From Heterodontus francisci (lineage: Eukaryota), in the NCBI RefSeq assembly GCF_036365525.1, contig NC_090396.1, forward strand, positions 73,712,605-73,776,604: 64,000 bases of DNA. The letters run 5' to 3'. Positions 38,093-49,764 of this stretch are shown piece by piece. A program made the translations under genes and the position numbers. The notes beneath the pieces were generated by a model that made no database searches, was not told the DNA's origin, and worked only from the letters and a program-made list of their open reading frames with translations. Each line of letters starts with the position of its first letter. Positions within the stretch are counted from its first letter, which is position 1.

Positions 38093-38260
38093 GCAGCAAA
38101 GCGGAAAATGCTGGGGTCACTCAGCAGGCCAGGCAGCATTTGTGGAGAGAGAAGCAGAGTTAACTTTCAGGTCTGTGAACTTGGACAAGTTAACTCTGCT
38201 TCTCTCTCCACAGACGCTGCCTGACCTGCTAGATTTCTGCAGCACTTTCTGCTTTGCTGC
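38093..38260. repeat. About 70-bp inverted repeat built from two Penelope-like terminal modules
   Basis: GCAGCAAA...GAGAGAGAAGCAGAGTTAACT pairs with AGTTAACTCTGCTTCTCTCTC...TTTGCTGC across a loop of about 22 nt. Confidence 0.8.
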
Positions 38261-38567
38261 CAGATTGACAGCAGCCCCACTCTTCAGCAGTCAGGTAAGT
38301 ATTCTTTGACAACTGTCAGGAAGCAGTTGCTGGGGCGTTTAAAATAGGGCCCCAGTACCTGCTGCACAGCTGTCAAAGACTCTCTCACTGCGCCGAACGT
38401 CCTGCCTCTCCCCACCTAATATGGGGAGGGCGGCTCAGCGCCATGATTCTAAGGAGCCCCTGCGATTAATATCGCGGGGTCTCGACGGCGGCCGGCGAAT
38501 GCGGGTGCACCACCGAGTTCATAGGGTGCCGCCGCAGATGGCAGCGCCCCAATAAAATTCAGCCCTA

Positions 38568-40915
38568 TGCGTGGCTTGCAGAGCTCATGTTGGTTCCTAT
38601 GGAGCAAAGAACCTTTGTCTGATAAGCCACTGCCGTACATCCCTAGCTCACTGCTAGCCCTGCGTGCAGAGCCTGGGTGCCATCTGCCCTCCCATGCGTC
38701 TTTCATATTATAGGTCCTCAGCTTCCTCATAGTCTGAGGAGGAATCCTGTTGACATCTCTCATCATCATACCAGGCCTGGCCCCTATTGGATGCATCGTT
38801 GTGCAGAGCAGCAAAAAAAGGAGCTGGTCTTTTCAGCCCCTAGTACAGGGCATCACCCTATCCATACAGGCATTGGAGGTGCTCTTTCAGCAGGCCGATC
38901 TCCTGTTCAATGATGGCTTATGTAGCTCAGTGGCTGACATTGTATCTCTCCTCTGCAGCTGTGGTGGAGTCTCTCACTGGTGTCGAGAGCCATGTCTGCA
39001 AAGGAAAGCCCTTAACTCCAAGAAGCCACCCCTCCATCTGAGCCAGTTCAGTGAACAGCGGTGGCAGCTGGGACTGGTGCAAGACCCAGGTGTCATGGCA
39101 GCTGCCTGAGAAGCGGTTACACATTCGCTGCAACCATCTGTGGTGTTCACATACCAGCTTCACCTTGGTTGAGAGGGCTCCTTTAATGGTGGTAGCCTGG
39201 CAGTAGACCTGATGGCCACATGAGTGCAGTCTATGAACATTATAACCTATGGTTCTCTGGCAATGGTGCCAGAACCAATGGCCCTGGGGGTCTGGCTGTG
39301 AGAGTCCGTCCTGAAGCGGACATCCTCACAGACCCTCCGGTGCAGGGCATTGGTGACGTCCCTGATGCAGCAGTGCACTGCTGACTATGTGACCCCACAA
39401 AGGTCTCTGTGGGCCCCAAAAAGGCTGCAGAGTTGTCAGGCTTGCGAACCGCTGCCACTATGAGGAACAAAGGCATGAGATGTCCACCGGATCCATGGGC
39501 TGCAGGTCATCCTTAAGCAGGGCACAGAGACGTGTCACCACCCTCTCTATATGCGCAATCTCCTCTGACACTAGTGCTCCAACATCTGATGGCATATCAT
39601 GTGGGGCCTGTAGATGCACGGCAACCATAATGGCGGGCTCCCCTTGGGGGCTACTGCTCACAACCGGGGGTCTCTACGTGGATCGCACCTACCTGTTGGT
39701 ATTGGCTCGTGTGCATAGGGATCCTCACATGCAGAGGATCACACAATGTAAGATGAACCACACCTATTTCCATGTGATAAATAAAGTTGAACCCTGCATG
39801 TATTCGAAGGTTCCTAACAGGGCAGGGATTGGTGTTGACGGGTACAACAGCTGCTTCCTGCATCAACTATGTGGCGTGCATTGGCATTGCCCATCTTGGC
39901 CAACACTCAGAGTGGCACAGCATGACCACGTCAAGATCCTAACAGCTGAATCGATTACCCCCACCATCCATAAAACCTTAATGCTCCTGCCCTTTCTGGC
40001 ACCCTCCCCACACACAGGGTGCCTAGTGTGCCATTGCCCCCTCACAAACACAGAGCGTACACTGTTAACAGAGGGATGGTACACGGTACCTCCCTTCATG
40101 CCAGCACAGCTTTCCCTCCAGTAATCCCTGACCCCCTCCCTTTAAGAATGCAGAGTTAGACCCCTGTGTATACCCCCCTCCTCCCTTCCATATTTCGGAG
40201 AGAGGACCCGCCGGCTTTTCAGATCGTGAACGGGACGGCACGTGATGGCCACCCGTTAAACAAAAAATGCGGCAGTGTCAGTGGAGAGGTGGCAGGCTGC
40301 ATAATCAGCAAAGGTAAGTAATCATTCTTCTTTTTCTTTTCTTCTTTTGGGCCTCCTTATCTCGAGAGACAATGGATACGCGCCTGGAGGTGGTCAGTGG
40401 TTTGTGAAGCAGCGCCTGGAGTGGCTATAAAGGCCAATTCTGGAGTGACAGGCTCTTCCACAGGTGCTGCAGAGAAATTTGTTTGTTGGGGCTGTTGCAC
40501 AGTTGGCTCTCCCCTTGCGCCTCTGTCTTTTTTCCTGCCAACTACTAAGTCTCTTCGACTCGCCACAATTTAGCCCTGTCTTTATGGCTGCCCGCCAGCT
40601 CTGGCGAATGCTGGCAACTGACTCCCACAACTTGTGATCAATGTCACACGATTTCATGTCGCGTTTGCAGACGTCTTTATAACGGAGACATGGACGGCCG
40701 GTGGGTCTGATACCAGTGGCGAGCTCGTTACCATATGCTAATTGTGGTGCCACTGCATGTGGTGGGGGATGGGGCCACACCGAGGTCCTGCCGCCATCGG
40801 TAATATGTGGCGGGCCCTTCTTGACCCCGGGGGTCAAGGCGGGCCACTCTCCGCAGCATTTTACCGGCCCCCGCGCCACGACCCATGGCATTGAGGGGCC
40901 GCTAAAATTCAGCCC
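38568..40915 (-). mobile_element. PIF/Harbinger copy B, inverted and truncated at the right TIR of copy A
   Basis: Reverse-complement copy of about 35570-37595 (paired ORFs 37013-37249 + and 38927-39163 - differ at 3 of 78 aa); outer TIR CTAAAATTCAGCCC ends at 40915. Confidence 0.9.
40326..40727 (-). mobile_element. RTE 3' fragment inserted in Harbinger B
   Basis: Nearly identical to 18982-19370; the 69-aa alternative-frame ORF is identical in both copies. Confidence 0.95.
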
Positions 40916-41152
40916 ACTGACTGTGCAGCCAGGGACATCACCTCACAATCGTGCCAAATCCATGCACATGCAATTAGCATACTTTATTCATGCCGGAGCC
41001 TCTGTGAAGAGCTACCCTGAACAAGGTGCCAATCATTGTTAAAAACAGCTGGCCAGGCTTCACATTGCTGTAAAAATATTCCATTCATGTTTCAGTTATA
41101 CCTCATTAAGGACTTTCCTTCTTCCCCTCAACCCCCCGCTTTTCTTTTTCAG

Positions 41153-41287
41153 ATTTTATCCAAAGCCTTAAAAGAGTGTCATGAGAAATCAAGTGCTGAG
41201 GGACAACCGTTGGCTCTGAAAGTTTTTGTGGCAGGCAGAAATCGTCTGGAGAATGATGGTGCTGTTGTATTAGCCGAGACCTTCAGG
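41153..41287 (+). CDS. RANGAP1: Ran GTPase-activating protein 1-like coding exon (135 nt, LRR region)
   Basis: Polypyrimidine tract + AG; [45 protein letters not shown]; GTACGT donor; contains the RanGAP GRNRLE motif. Confidence 0.95.
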
Positions 41288-41699
41288 GTACGTAAGCTTT
41301 CAAATCCCTTATGAGAAAGAGGGTGAAAGATAGTTCGGAATTAAATAATCTCTCCATGACATTCTCTGATTTGTTTTATATATATTATATATGAATGAGA
41401 TGCTGTTGAATGTAATTTTCCAGATTACGATGAAACTGCAGAAACGTCTGGCCTATATTTGTCACCTTCAATGAAAAATCTCCCTGTTCCCTTTTTAGTC
41501 GGTGTGTGAATTTTTTGCTCTTCCTTCCCCTTTTCTTGGGTTCTGTGCACTATTGCTGGGCAAGAGGCCTTGTTCTCAGGCTTCTGTTAATGATGATCAG
41601 ATCAATTAGAGCGGAGCTGCGGTTTGTCTTCTCATGATGCAGCAATGTGCCATGTGCCTAAGTGAGACCAGCAATTCACTACAGGGATGATTTTAAAAA

Positions 41700-42048
41700 T
41701 TCATTCACAGGATGTGGACTTTTATTGCCCTTGCGAAGATGGTGGTGATCCGCCTTCTTGAATATGGCCATGCTGCTTGGCTCGGCCATTTCAGACATGT
41801 AGGGCAGGAATGGTTAGGACAGCAGATTTCCTTCCCTAAAGGATATTAATGAACCAGATGGATTTTTATAACAATCTATAGTAATGGTCACCATTACTGA
41901 GACCAGCTTTTTAATTACAAATTTATTTAATTAATTGAATTTAAATTCCTCAGCTGCCATATAGTTGCATTTTAACTCATGACTCTGGATCATTCATCCA
42001 GGCCTTTGGTGCACTAGTCCAGTAATGACCACTATACTATTACACCTC
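41700..42048 (-). mobile_element. tRNA-derived SINE, degenerate
   Basis: Similar to 19950-20305. Confidence 0.6.
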
Positions 42049-42891
42049 ATATGCATTGTGAGTATTTGGAACACACAACACCTAAAACAGGAGCTTGCAC
42101 TTTCAACATTGTTAAGATCTCCCAAAGTATTTCACAGAGACAAAAGTAATACTGGAGCAGAGCAATGTGAATGGTGCTAATGAAAGAAGTGATTGAAGAG
42201 TTACAATTTAAGAAGGCCTTTGGAGGTGGACAGAGGACATTTTAACAAGAGTTTGATCATAGGGCCTGAGACAGCTGAATGCTGTTCTACCAGAGGCATA
42301 GCCACAATCAGATAAGCTATAGCTACACATACCTAGATTCAAAATGCCCATCCTGGAAAATAACCAGCCATGATACTTAGCAGGAAGTTTTATAAAGTCC
42401 TGCCCACATAGAGTGGGAGGAAGCTGGCAGCAGATAGGCTAGGTCACAAGCTAAATACAAACAAAGAAGATCATACAACTCATCCTTCCATATCTACAAC
42501 TCATCTGCTCCATATAACCCCGCCAGCCCCCTCCCCACCCAACACAGCTTCCAATTGTTCCCTAAATTATTTTGGGGGCTCTGTCCTGAAGTTGGAGCCA
42601 AATATATCCAAAAGGGGGATTTTTCCTCATTTGTTCAACCTCCACACACAGAATAGGCATTTCCTCCATCCCTCAGATGGAATCTCTCCCAGGGACACTG
42701 TCTCTTTAAACCTTCAGGTCAGATGACCTTGCCTCAGCTCTGCTGACCCACATCCTGAGCTAGATCCTCCATTTTCTGCTGCAGAAACAAAAATAAGACC
42801 GGCCCTCGGTCTAGCAAAAGCTTGGAATAATTTTGTCTAAATTCAGTGTAAACTAAATTAACCAGCTAGTGATAAAATCACTAACAGCAAG

Positions 42892-43142
42892 TTAGAATAT
42901 TACAGCGCAGTATAGGCCCTTCAGCCCTCGATGTTGCGCCGACCTGTGAAACCATCTGACCTACACTATTCCATTTTCATCCATATGTCTATCCAATGAC
43001 CACTTAAATGCCCTTAAAGTTGGCGAGTCTACTACTGTTGCAGGCAGGGCGTTCCACGCCCCTACTACTCTCTGAGTAAAGAAACTACCTCTAACATCTG
43101 TCCTATATCTATCACCCCTCAACTTAAAGCTATGTCCCCTCA
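42892..43142 (-). mobile_element. Young CR1 3' end
   Basis: Near-identical reverse complement of about 50975-51220. Confidence 0.9.
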
Positions 43143-43860
43143 GTTGTTAGGCCAGCATGAAGTATATGAACTGCCTGCCTGTTTCACATGTGGGATTTGA
43201 AATTCTTCTAAAGGAAGAAAAGACTCTACCTAAAGTAAGAGACCTGTCAAATTTCCTAAGTATGTATTGTATTCAAAGACTCTCCATTCTGCACTTGGAA
43301 TATCAACCCATCAAAGCAAAGTCTGGGATCTTAGCCAGGAAGGCTGTGGTCTTGTGAAACTGAGCTGGCTCCCACTGACTAAGTTGTTTTCATCTAAGTC
43401 CTCCTCAGCTCTGTTGGCAATGATCTGTTCCTTTATAAATGACTAAGACAAATGAGTGTTATTACCTCAATTCATTTTATCGCCTTCCTTGAAAATAGGT
43501 AGCATGTTGACTTGTTTCCAAATCAACGGAACCTTTCCTTTATTTAACTAGGACAACAAGTTAAATTGATAGCAGCTTTAACGTAGAAAAATGTCCCAAA
43601 AGCACTTCATGGAGCATAATCAAAAAAAAAGGATGGCAAGCTAAATAAGGAGGTATTAAGAGGGGTGATCTCAAGCTTGGTCAAAGAGGCAGATTTTGAG
43701 GATGGTGATAGAGAGGCAGAGGGGTTCAGGGAGCAAATCAGAGTGCGGGCATGAAACTTCCTCATGACTGTCAGCATTTTGTAGACTTTTTCCCTACTTA
43801 TGTTTGGCACCCTCAATTGTATAGTCCACCCATAGGGATTTATTGCTTTTGACTCCTTTA

Positions 43861-44212
43861 GATTAGATTAGAGATACAGCACTGAAACAGGCCCTTCGGC
43901 CCACCGAGTCTGTACCGAACATCAACCACCCATTTATACCAATCCTATACTAATCCCATATTCCTACCAAGCATCCCCACCCGTCCCTATATTTCCCTAC
44001 CACCTACCTATACTAGTGACAATTTATAATGGCCAATTTACCTATCAACCTGCAAGTCTTTTGGCTTGTGGGAGGAAACCGGAGCACCCGGAGAAAACCC
44101 ATGCAGACACAGGGAGAACTTGCAAACTCCACACAGGCAGTACCCGGAATCGAACCCAGGTCCCTGGAGCTGTGAGGCTGCAGTGCTAACCACTGCGCCA
44201 CTGCACCGCCCT
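43861..44212 (-). mobile_element. V-SINE (HE1-like)
   Basis: Highly similar to 31542-31900; (TAATC)n tail. Confidence 0.88.
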
Positions 44213-45514
44213 GTCACTATTTCCACTTTAAGCCTATCACTATTTCCAAATCAGTGATGGGAAAGCATTTGAGTTTTGTTGTCGAACCAATGATGGGTCC
44301 CATACTACTGATGTCTTCTCTAGTGAATACTTCCAGGAAGTAATCATTCGATATGTTAACAATTTTTAATTCATCTTCAGTTTTAACCCCATTTTCAACC
44401 TTAAGAGATTGCAATTTTCCACTCTCCTGTTATAACTTAAAAAAGAATTTCTGGCTCGATTTGGTTTCGAAAGCAACGTTCATTTCTAATTCCTTCTTTG
44501 CCCCTCTGACTGTCTTTTAGAAAATATATTTTGAAAATTCCTGAATCAATACCAGTGGTTCCCTTGCTTCCTCCCTGCAGGCTTACTTAGTGCTTTTCAC
44601 ATAGTTTTAGAGCTACATTTCTTCAAGCTGCCTTTAATCCAGCCCTTATTATATATTTATCTTGCGTGCTCAGTAATATGATCGTAAAGGTTATCCATTC
44701 ATTCTCAGCTGAAGTTTTCTTAAGTACATTGGACACAAAAACAGGAGGAGGCCATTTGGTCAATTGAACCTGCTCCATATTTCCATTAGCCATGGTAGAT
44801 CTAGTTTTTAATTCTCAATTCCCTACACTTTCTGCATATCCCTTAATACCTGTAGTTCCATAGAATTTATCTCCTTTTTAAACATCTCAATTAACTTTTT
44901 GCATCACTGCCCTTCTGGAACAGTACATTGAACTTCCTCACACCCTGGAATTTCTTTTAATCTAAATAAATTACACCATTCCTTTTGGATCACCCTTTTA
45001 ATCTGTGACTTAGTTTTTAATGGCTTATGTACCTATGACCAAAGCTTATTAACAAAAATCCTTCTGTATATCTAACTCCCTCCCACCCCTTCAGTGTTTC
45101 CCTGTTTAGATTATTCTCCCATCAGCAATTGTTACACTCAAAATTAATACCTCACACTTTGTTGCACTAAACTGTATCTGCCATCAGGCAACCCAATCAT
45201 GCATTCTGTCTATTTGCAATTTTCTTTTCCACTCCGTCACTTGTTCATACGTTTTTTCTCTTTTAAATTTGTACACGTGACTGCTGATTTGCAGTTAAAC
45301 TGGAACTGCTAACCAATATTTATGTATTCTCCTACAATAATATTTCTGTAGAAATGCTGACTGTAATTCAAAGTAATTAATTGTATGTGAAAAGCTTTGG
45401 ATGTTTTCTGGTGATATAACAAGGTGCTATATAAATGTGCTATATATATATTTATATATATAAAAGTCAATTTTGCTTTCCGGTACAGAAAATTGCATAA
45501 TACTTAGGAACAAG

Positions 45515-45635
45515 ATGAAAGCAAAAAATGCTGGCAATCTGATAAAAGGTCACAGACCTGAAACATTAAATCTGTTTCTCTCTCTTCAAATGCTGCCAGA
45601 CCTGCTGAGTATTTCCAGCACTTTCTGTTTTTACT
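45515..45635. mobile_element. Penelope-like terminal fragment with a short inverted arm and mutated hammerhead
   Basis: AAAATGCTGG ... CTGATAA-AAGGTC(ACA)GACCT-GAAAC ... CCAGCACTTTCTG. Confidence 0.5.
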
Positions 45636-45924
45636 TAGGAACAAGAACCTGGCTGATTATTTGTTCATAGTAGCGCAGGACATGGACAGCAATATTTGCA
45701 CTCTGACTACTGTTTTGACTGAGATTAGCTAACTCAGCACAGACCTTGGATCAAACCTGGGCAGGTCCTGGAGTATATATACTTCAGTACAATACTCCAT
45801 CAGGGAAAGGAAGTCTCCTATTTTCATGCCAAATGCCAATTTTCATCTCCCGTTATAGATTGCCAAATTTCTGATGGGAGAATTACACAATTGAGAATTC
45901 TGCCCTAAAACTACTCTATGGTGT

Positions 45925-46365
45925 CAGCCTTGGCTTGTTGAGTAGCACTGTCACCTCTGAGTCAGAAAGTCATGAGTTCCAGTCCCACTCCAGAGACCCC
46001 CTGAGCTCATAATCTACTACTGAGGGAGTGCTGCACTGTCGAAAGTGCTGCCTTTTGGTTGAGATTTAAACCGAGGCCCTGTCTGCCCTGTCAGGTAGGT
46101 GTAAAAGATCCCACAGCACTATTTAAAAGATGAGCAGGAGAATTCTCCCAGTTTTCCCACAGCCAATATTTATCCCTCAACCAACATCATTAAAATGTAT
46201 GATCTGGGCATTTATCCCATTGGTGTTTGTGGGATTTTGCTGTGTGCAGATTGGCTGTCACGTTTCCTGCATTACAACAGCAACTACACTTAAAAGTACT
46301 TCAGTCTTTGTAAAGTGCTTTGGGATGTCTTGAGGTCACAAAGGGTGCTGTATAAATGCAAATTT
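45925..46365 (+). mobile_element. DeuSINE copy
   Basis: Full-length similarity to 1490-1938. Confidence 0.8.
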
Positions 46366-46707
46366 TCCCTTAACAGTGGAACTCGATTAAAAGTTGTTTC
46401 TTGCAGATTTCTCTTGTGGAATTTAATCAATGGCGCTTCATCTGATGAGACTGGTTAAACATCATGTCTCATTTATATTGACTCTGGGAGAGTTGCCCTT
46501 TCAAACTGGGTTCTAGCAGATCACCAGTGATTGATTGTATGTCTGTTGGAAACCACTTTGCAATAAGATCAACACATATGTTCTGTCATTCACAAATCAG
46601 GCAAAGCCACAACTGCTGGCTCCCTGGCTTGTGTATAACACTAAAAATGGTACATGATTTAATGTCTCTGTGCTGCAGGGGACTTTGAAATGCTTCTTTT
46701 TTTTTAG

Positions 46708-46866
46708 CTGATTGGAACTTTGGAGGAAGTGCAGATGCCACAGAATGGAATTACCCACGAAGGTATCAGTGCTCTGGCCAGGGCTTTCACAAAGAACACC
46801 AACCTCCGGATCCTCAATCTCAACGACAACACCTTCACTGAAATTGGGGCGATCTCCATGGCAGAG
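46708..46866 (+). CDS. RANGAP1: Ran GTPase-activating protein 1-like coding exon (159 nt, LRR region)
   Basis: T-tract + TAG; [53 protein letters not shown]; GTATGT donor; in frame with the previous exon. Confidence 0.95.
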
Positions 46867-47399
46867 GTATGTGTGCATCTGTGGGAGAGCTGTTCCTTCA
46901 CCACTCCATCTCAGATGTTGCTGCGGACAGGCACTAAGTGGAGAAAGGAGCAGAGGGTGAAAACCAGGAATGGCGTAATCAGTGGTCTTACATAGTATTT
47001 ACAGCACAAAAACAGGCCATTTGGCCCAATTGGTCCATCTCAGTGTTTATCCTCCACACAAGCCTCTTCCCACCCTATCTTAACCCCATCAACATATCCT
47101 TCTATTCCTTTCTCCCTCATATAGCTTCCTCTTTTTTCACCTCAACCATTCCTGTACTAGCATGTTCCACACTCTCAGCACTCTGAGTAAAGACGTTTCT
47201 TCTGAATTCCCTACTGGATTTGGTGGAAATCTGGGAGCAGAACAAACTCATCGCAGGATGGGAAAGAGTGAAAATATTTACCTATTAGTTTCTATCTTCC
47301 AGTTGGGATTGCAATGACTAATAAACCATTTACTTGTAAAATCCCCCTCCCTTCTAATCCAATTGAAGAGGCCTGGATAACACGGATTCTGGAGTTTTT

Positions 47400-47742
47400 T
47401 TTATTCCTTCCTGGGATGTGGGCGTTACTGGCAAAGCCAGCATTTGTTGTGCTTACTGGGCCATTTCAGAGAGCAGTTAAGGGTCAACCACATTGCTGTG
47501 GGTCTGGAGTCACATGTAGGGCAGGCCAGGTAACGATGGCAGATTTCCTTCCCTGAAGGACATTAGTGAACTAGATGGGTTTTTACAACAATCAATGTTA
47601 GCTTCATGGCACCATTACTGAGACTCGCTTTCAATTGCAGATTTTTATTAATTAATTGAATTTATTAATTAAATTTAAATTCCACCAGCTGCCATGGCAG
47701 GATTTGAACCCACAAACCCATAACATTATAGCCTCTGGATTA
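47400..47742 (-). mobile_element. tRNA-derived SINE
   Basis: Similar to 19950-20305. Confidence 0.7.
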
Positions 47743-47994
47743 CAGATCCCACTCTCTGGGACAGGCCCAGTGGCATTTTCAATATGCCACCATCTCCCCT
47801 GTGAATGCTTTAGTGCATGTCTGCAGGGGATTGTAAATGAGAGTGGTGAGGTGATTGAATGGTGGAAAGCAGGCAGATTTATCTGCAGCAGGATCTGCTC
47901 CTTACTTAAAGGTTTTCATAAGAAATTACAACGTATTTGTTTCTGAATAATGATGCGTGTAAATGGATTGTTTGTCATCTCTCGGGAGGTTAGC

Positions 47995-48830
47995 AATAAC
48001 AGCTTGTATTTATTCAGTGCCTTCAATGTAAAAATCATCCCAAGTTGCTTCACAGAGCTATGAGGATGTAATGGACATTAAACCAAAGGAGGAGACATCA
48101 GGAGGACCAAAGAGGTGGGTTTCAAGGAACGGCTTTAAGGAGGAGAGGGAAATGCAGAAGCAGAGAGAGCTGTGGAGGGAGTTCCAGAGAGTGGGGCTGA
48201 GACAGCTGAAGCAATGGCTGTGAATAGTGAGGCAAAGATAGAGGAATATATTGAAGTATGAGCCAGAGTAATGAAGGGCTCTACGGGGCTTGTAAGCCTG
48301 GAGAAGTTACAGAGATGGGGAGAAGCAAGGCCACTAAGTGATTTAAGCACTAAAATTTTAAATTTGAGCAGCTGAGGGACCAGGAGCCAATCTAGGTCAG
48401 AAGAGAAGTTTAGTAGACAAGCAAGATTTGGTGCAGGGTAAGATATGGGCAGCAGAGTTCTAAAAGAGCTCGTTTATGGATGGTGATTGATGGGAGGCCA
48501 ACCAGGAGAGCATTGGAATAGTTGTGCCTGGAGGTGACGACAGCACGGATGAGGGTTTTAATGGCAGTAGTGGTGGTAACAGGTGATGACACATACATGG
48601 AAGTAGACGGTCTTTGTGATGTAGAGGATACAGGGGCGAGTAGTTCAGCTCGGGTTTAAACATGATTCAGCCTTGATCTGTTTGAATGATGGAGGAGACT
48701 CTACGGGCTGAACAGCATCCTATTTCCTATGTTCCTATGTGTTCCTAAGATGCTGAAGTTGCAAACAGATTGGTTCAGCCTACAGAAGCTGTGGAGGAGG
48801 ATAGAGTTGATGACAAGGGTACAGAGTTTG
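47995..48830 (-). mobile_element. Old L2 LINE 3' fragment
   Basis: TLIRAVVTSR.NYSNALLVGLP on the minus strand. Confidence 0.7.
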
Positions 48831-49764
48831 TGACAAAGTAGTTATACACTAAGCACTGGTTTGGGAATGGCACCTTTTAGAATGGTACAGGACTGATGAA
48901 CTAAAAACAATTGTTTGTGAAGACTGGTGCGTATTTAGAAAGAACAAACTTGCATTTATATATCTCTTTTCACATCCCTAAACGATACACAAGCAATGAA
49001 ATGGAGCTGTGAGAACTGAGTTATACTACCAGCTCTGTGCCACACTCCACCCACCAAGCGTCACACCACCTGCATTCACTGGAATCTGAATGAAAGCAAG
49101 TACGTGATGGCACAGTTGGACTGCTTGCGAATGTTTTAGGTTTTTCTTGTCAGTGGTTGCAGTCATAACTGCAGCCGTGTCAAACCAGCGCTGTATGCAA
49201 CAATGTACAACTGTAGAATTGTAGAATGGTACAGCACAAATAGGCTGCTTTCTTTCACCAAATGTACCACCTAGCCTAATCCCATTCTCCTGCTTGCTGC
49301 CCTATACTCTTCAATATTCTTGTTCAAGGTGGTCTTTTCATCAGTGCAAACTGCCTTATAACTTCTACAAGAAGGTGCATCATTCCTATGGATGAAAGGC
49401 AGTAAGAAAGAGTTTGCATTTATGCAGCACCTTATCATGTTTTCAGTGCTTCATGTCCAGTGAACTACTTTTGAAATTCAGTCATTATGTAGTCAATGAA
49501 ACTGAGTGACCCCAGACACCTTGAATATTTTTTGCTGGAAGTTAATGTGCCAGGTGTCAGTTGGGGTGTGGAAAAAAAGGAGGATGCAGTAATTATCACT
49601 ACAGTAAAACATGCTAGTATACTAGAAAATCAATGTGTTCACACACAGAAAATACAAAGCATTTAAAATGTGTATGCTTTTTAATGCAAAGATTAACATT
49701 TGCTCTCACACATGTAAGAGTCCACTGGATGCACTTAACATTCACAGCTGAGATATAAATAATT

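Larger units (their letters stand above)
35554..38565 (+). mobile_element. PIF/Harbinger DNA transposon copy A (defective HARBI1-like transposase)
   Basis: Perfect 17-bp TIRs GGGCTGAATTTTATTGG (35554-35570) and CCAATAAAATTCAGCCC (38549-38565); transposase remnants IDCTHVAI (about 36942), GSCHD, GWLLGVKGFPL, EERYN, IEQEIGLLK. Confidence 0.88.
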
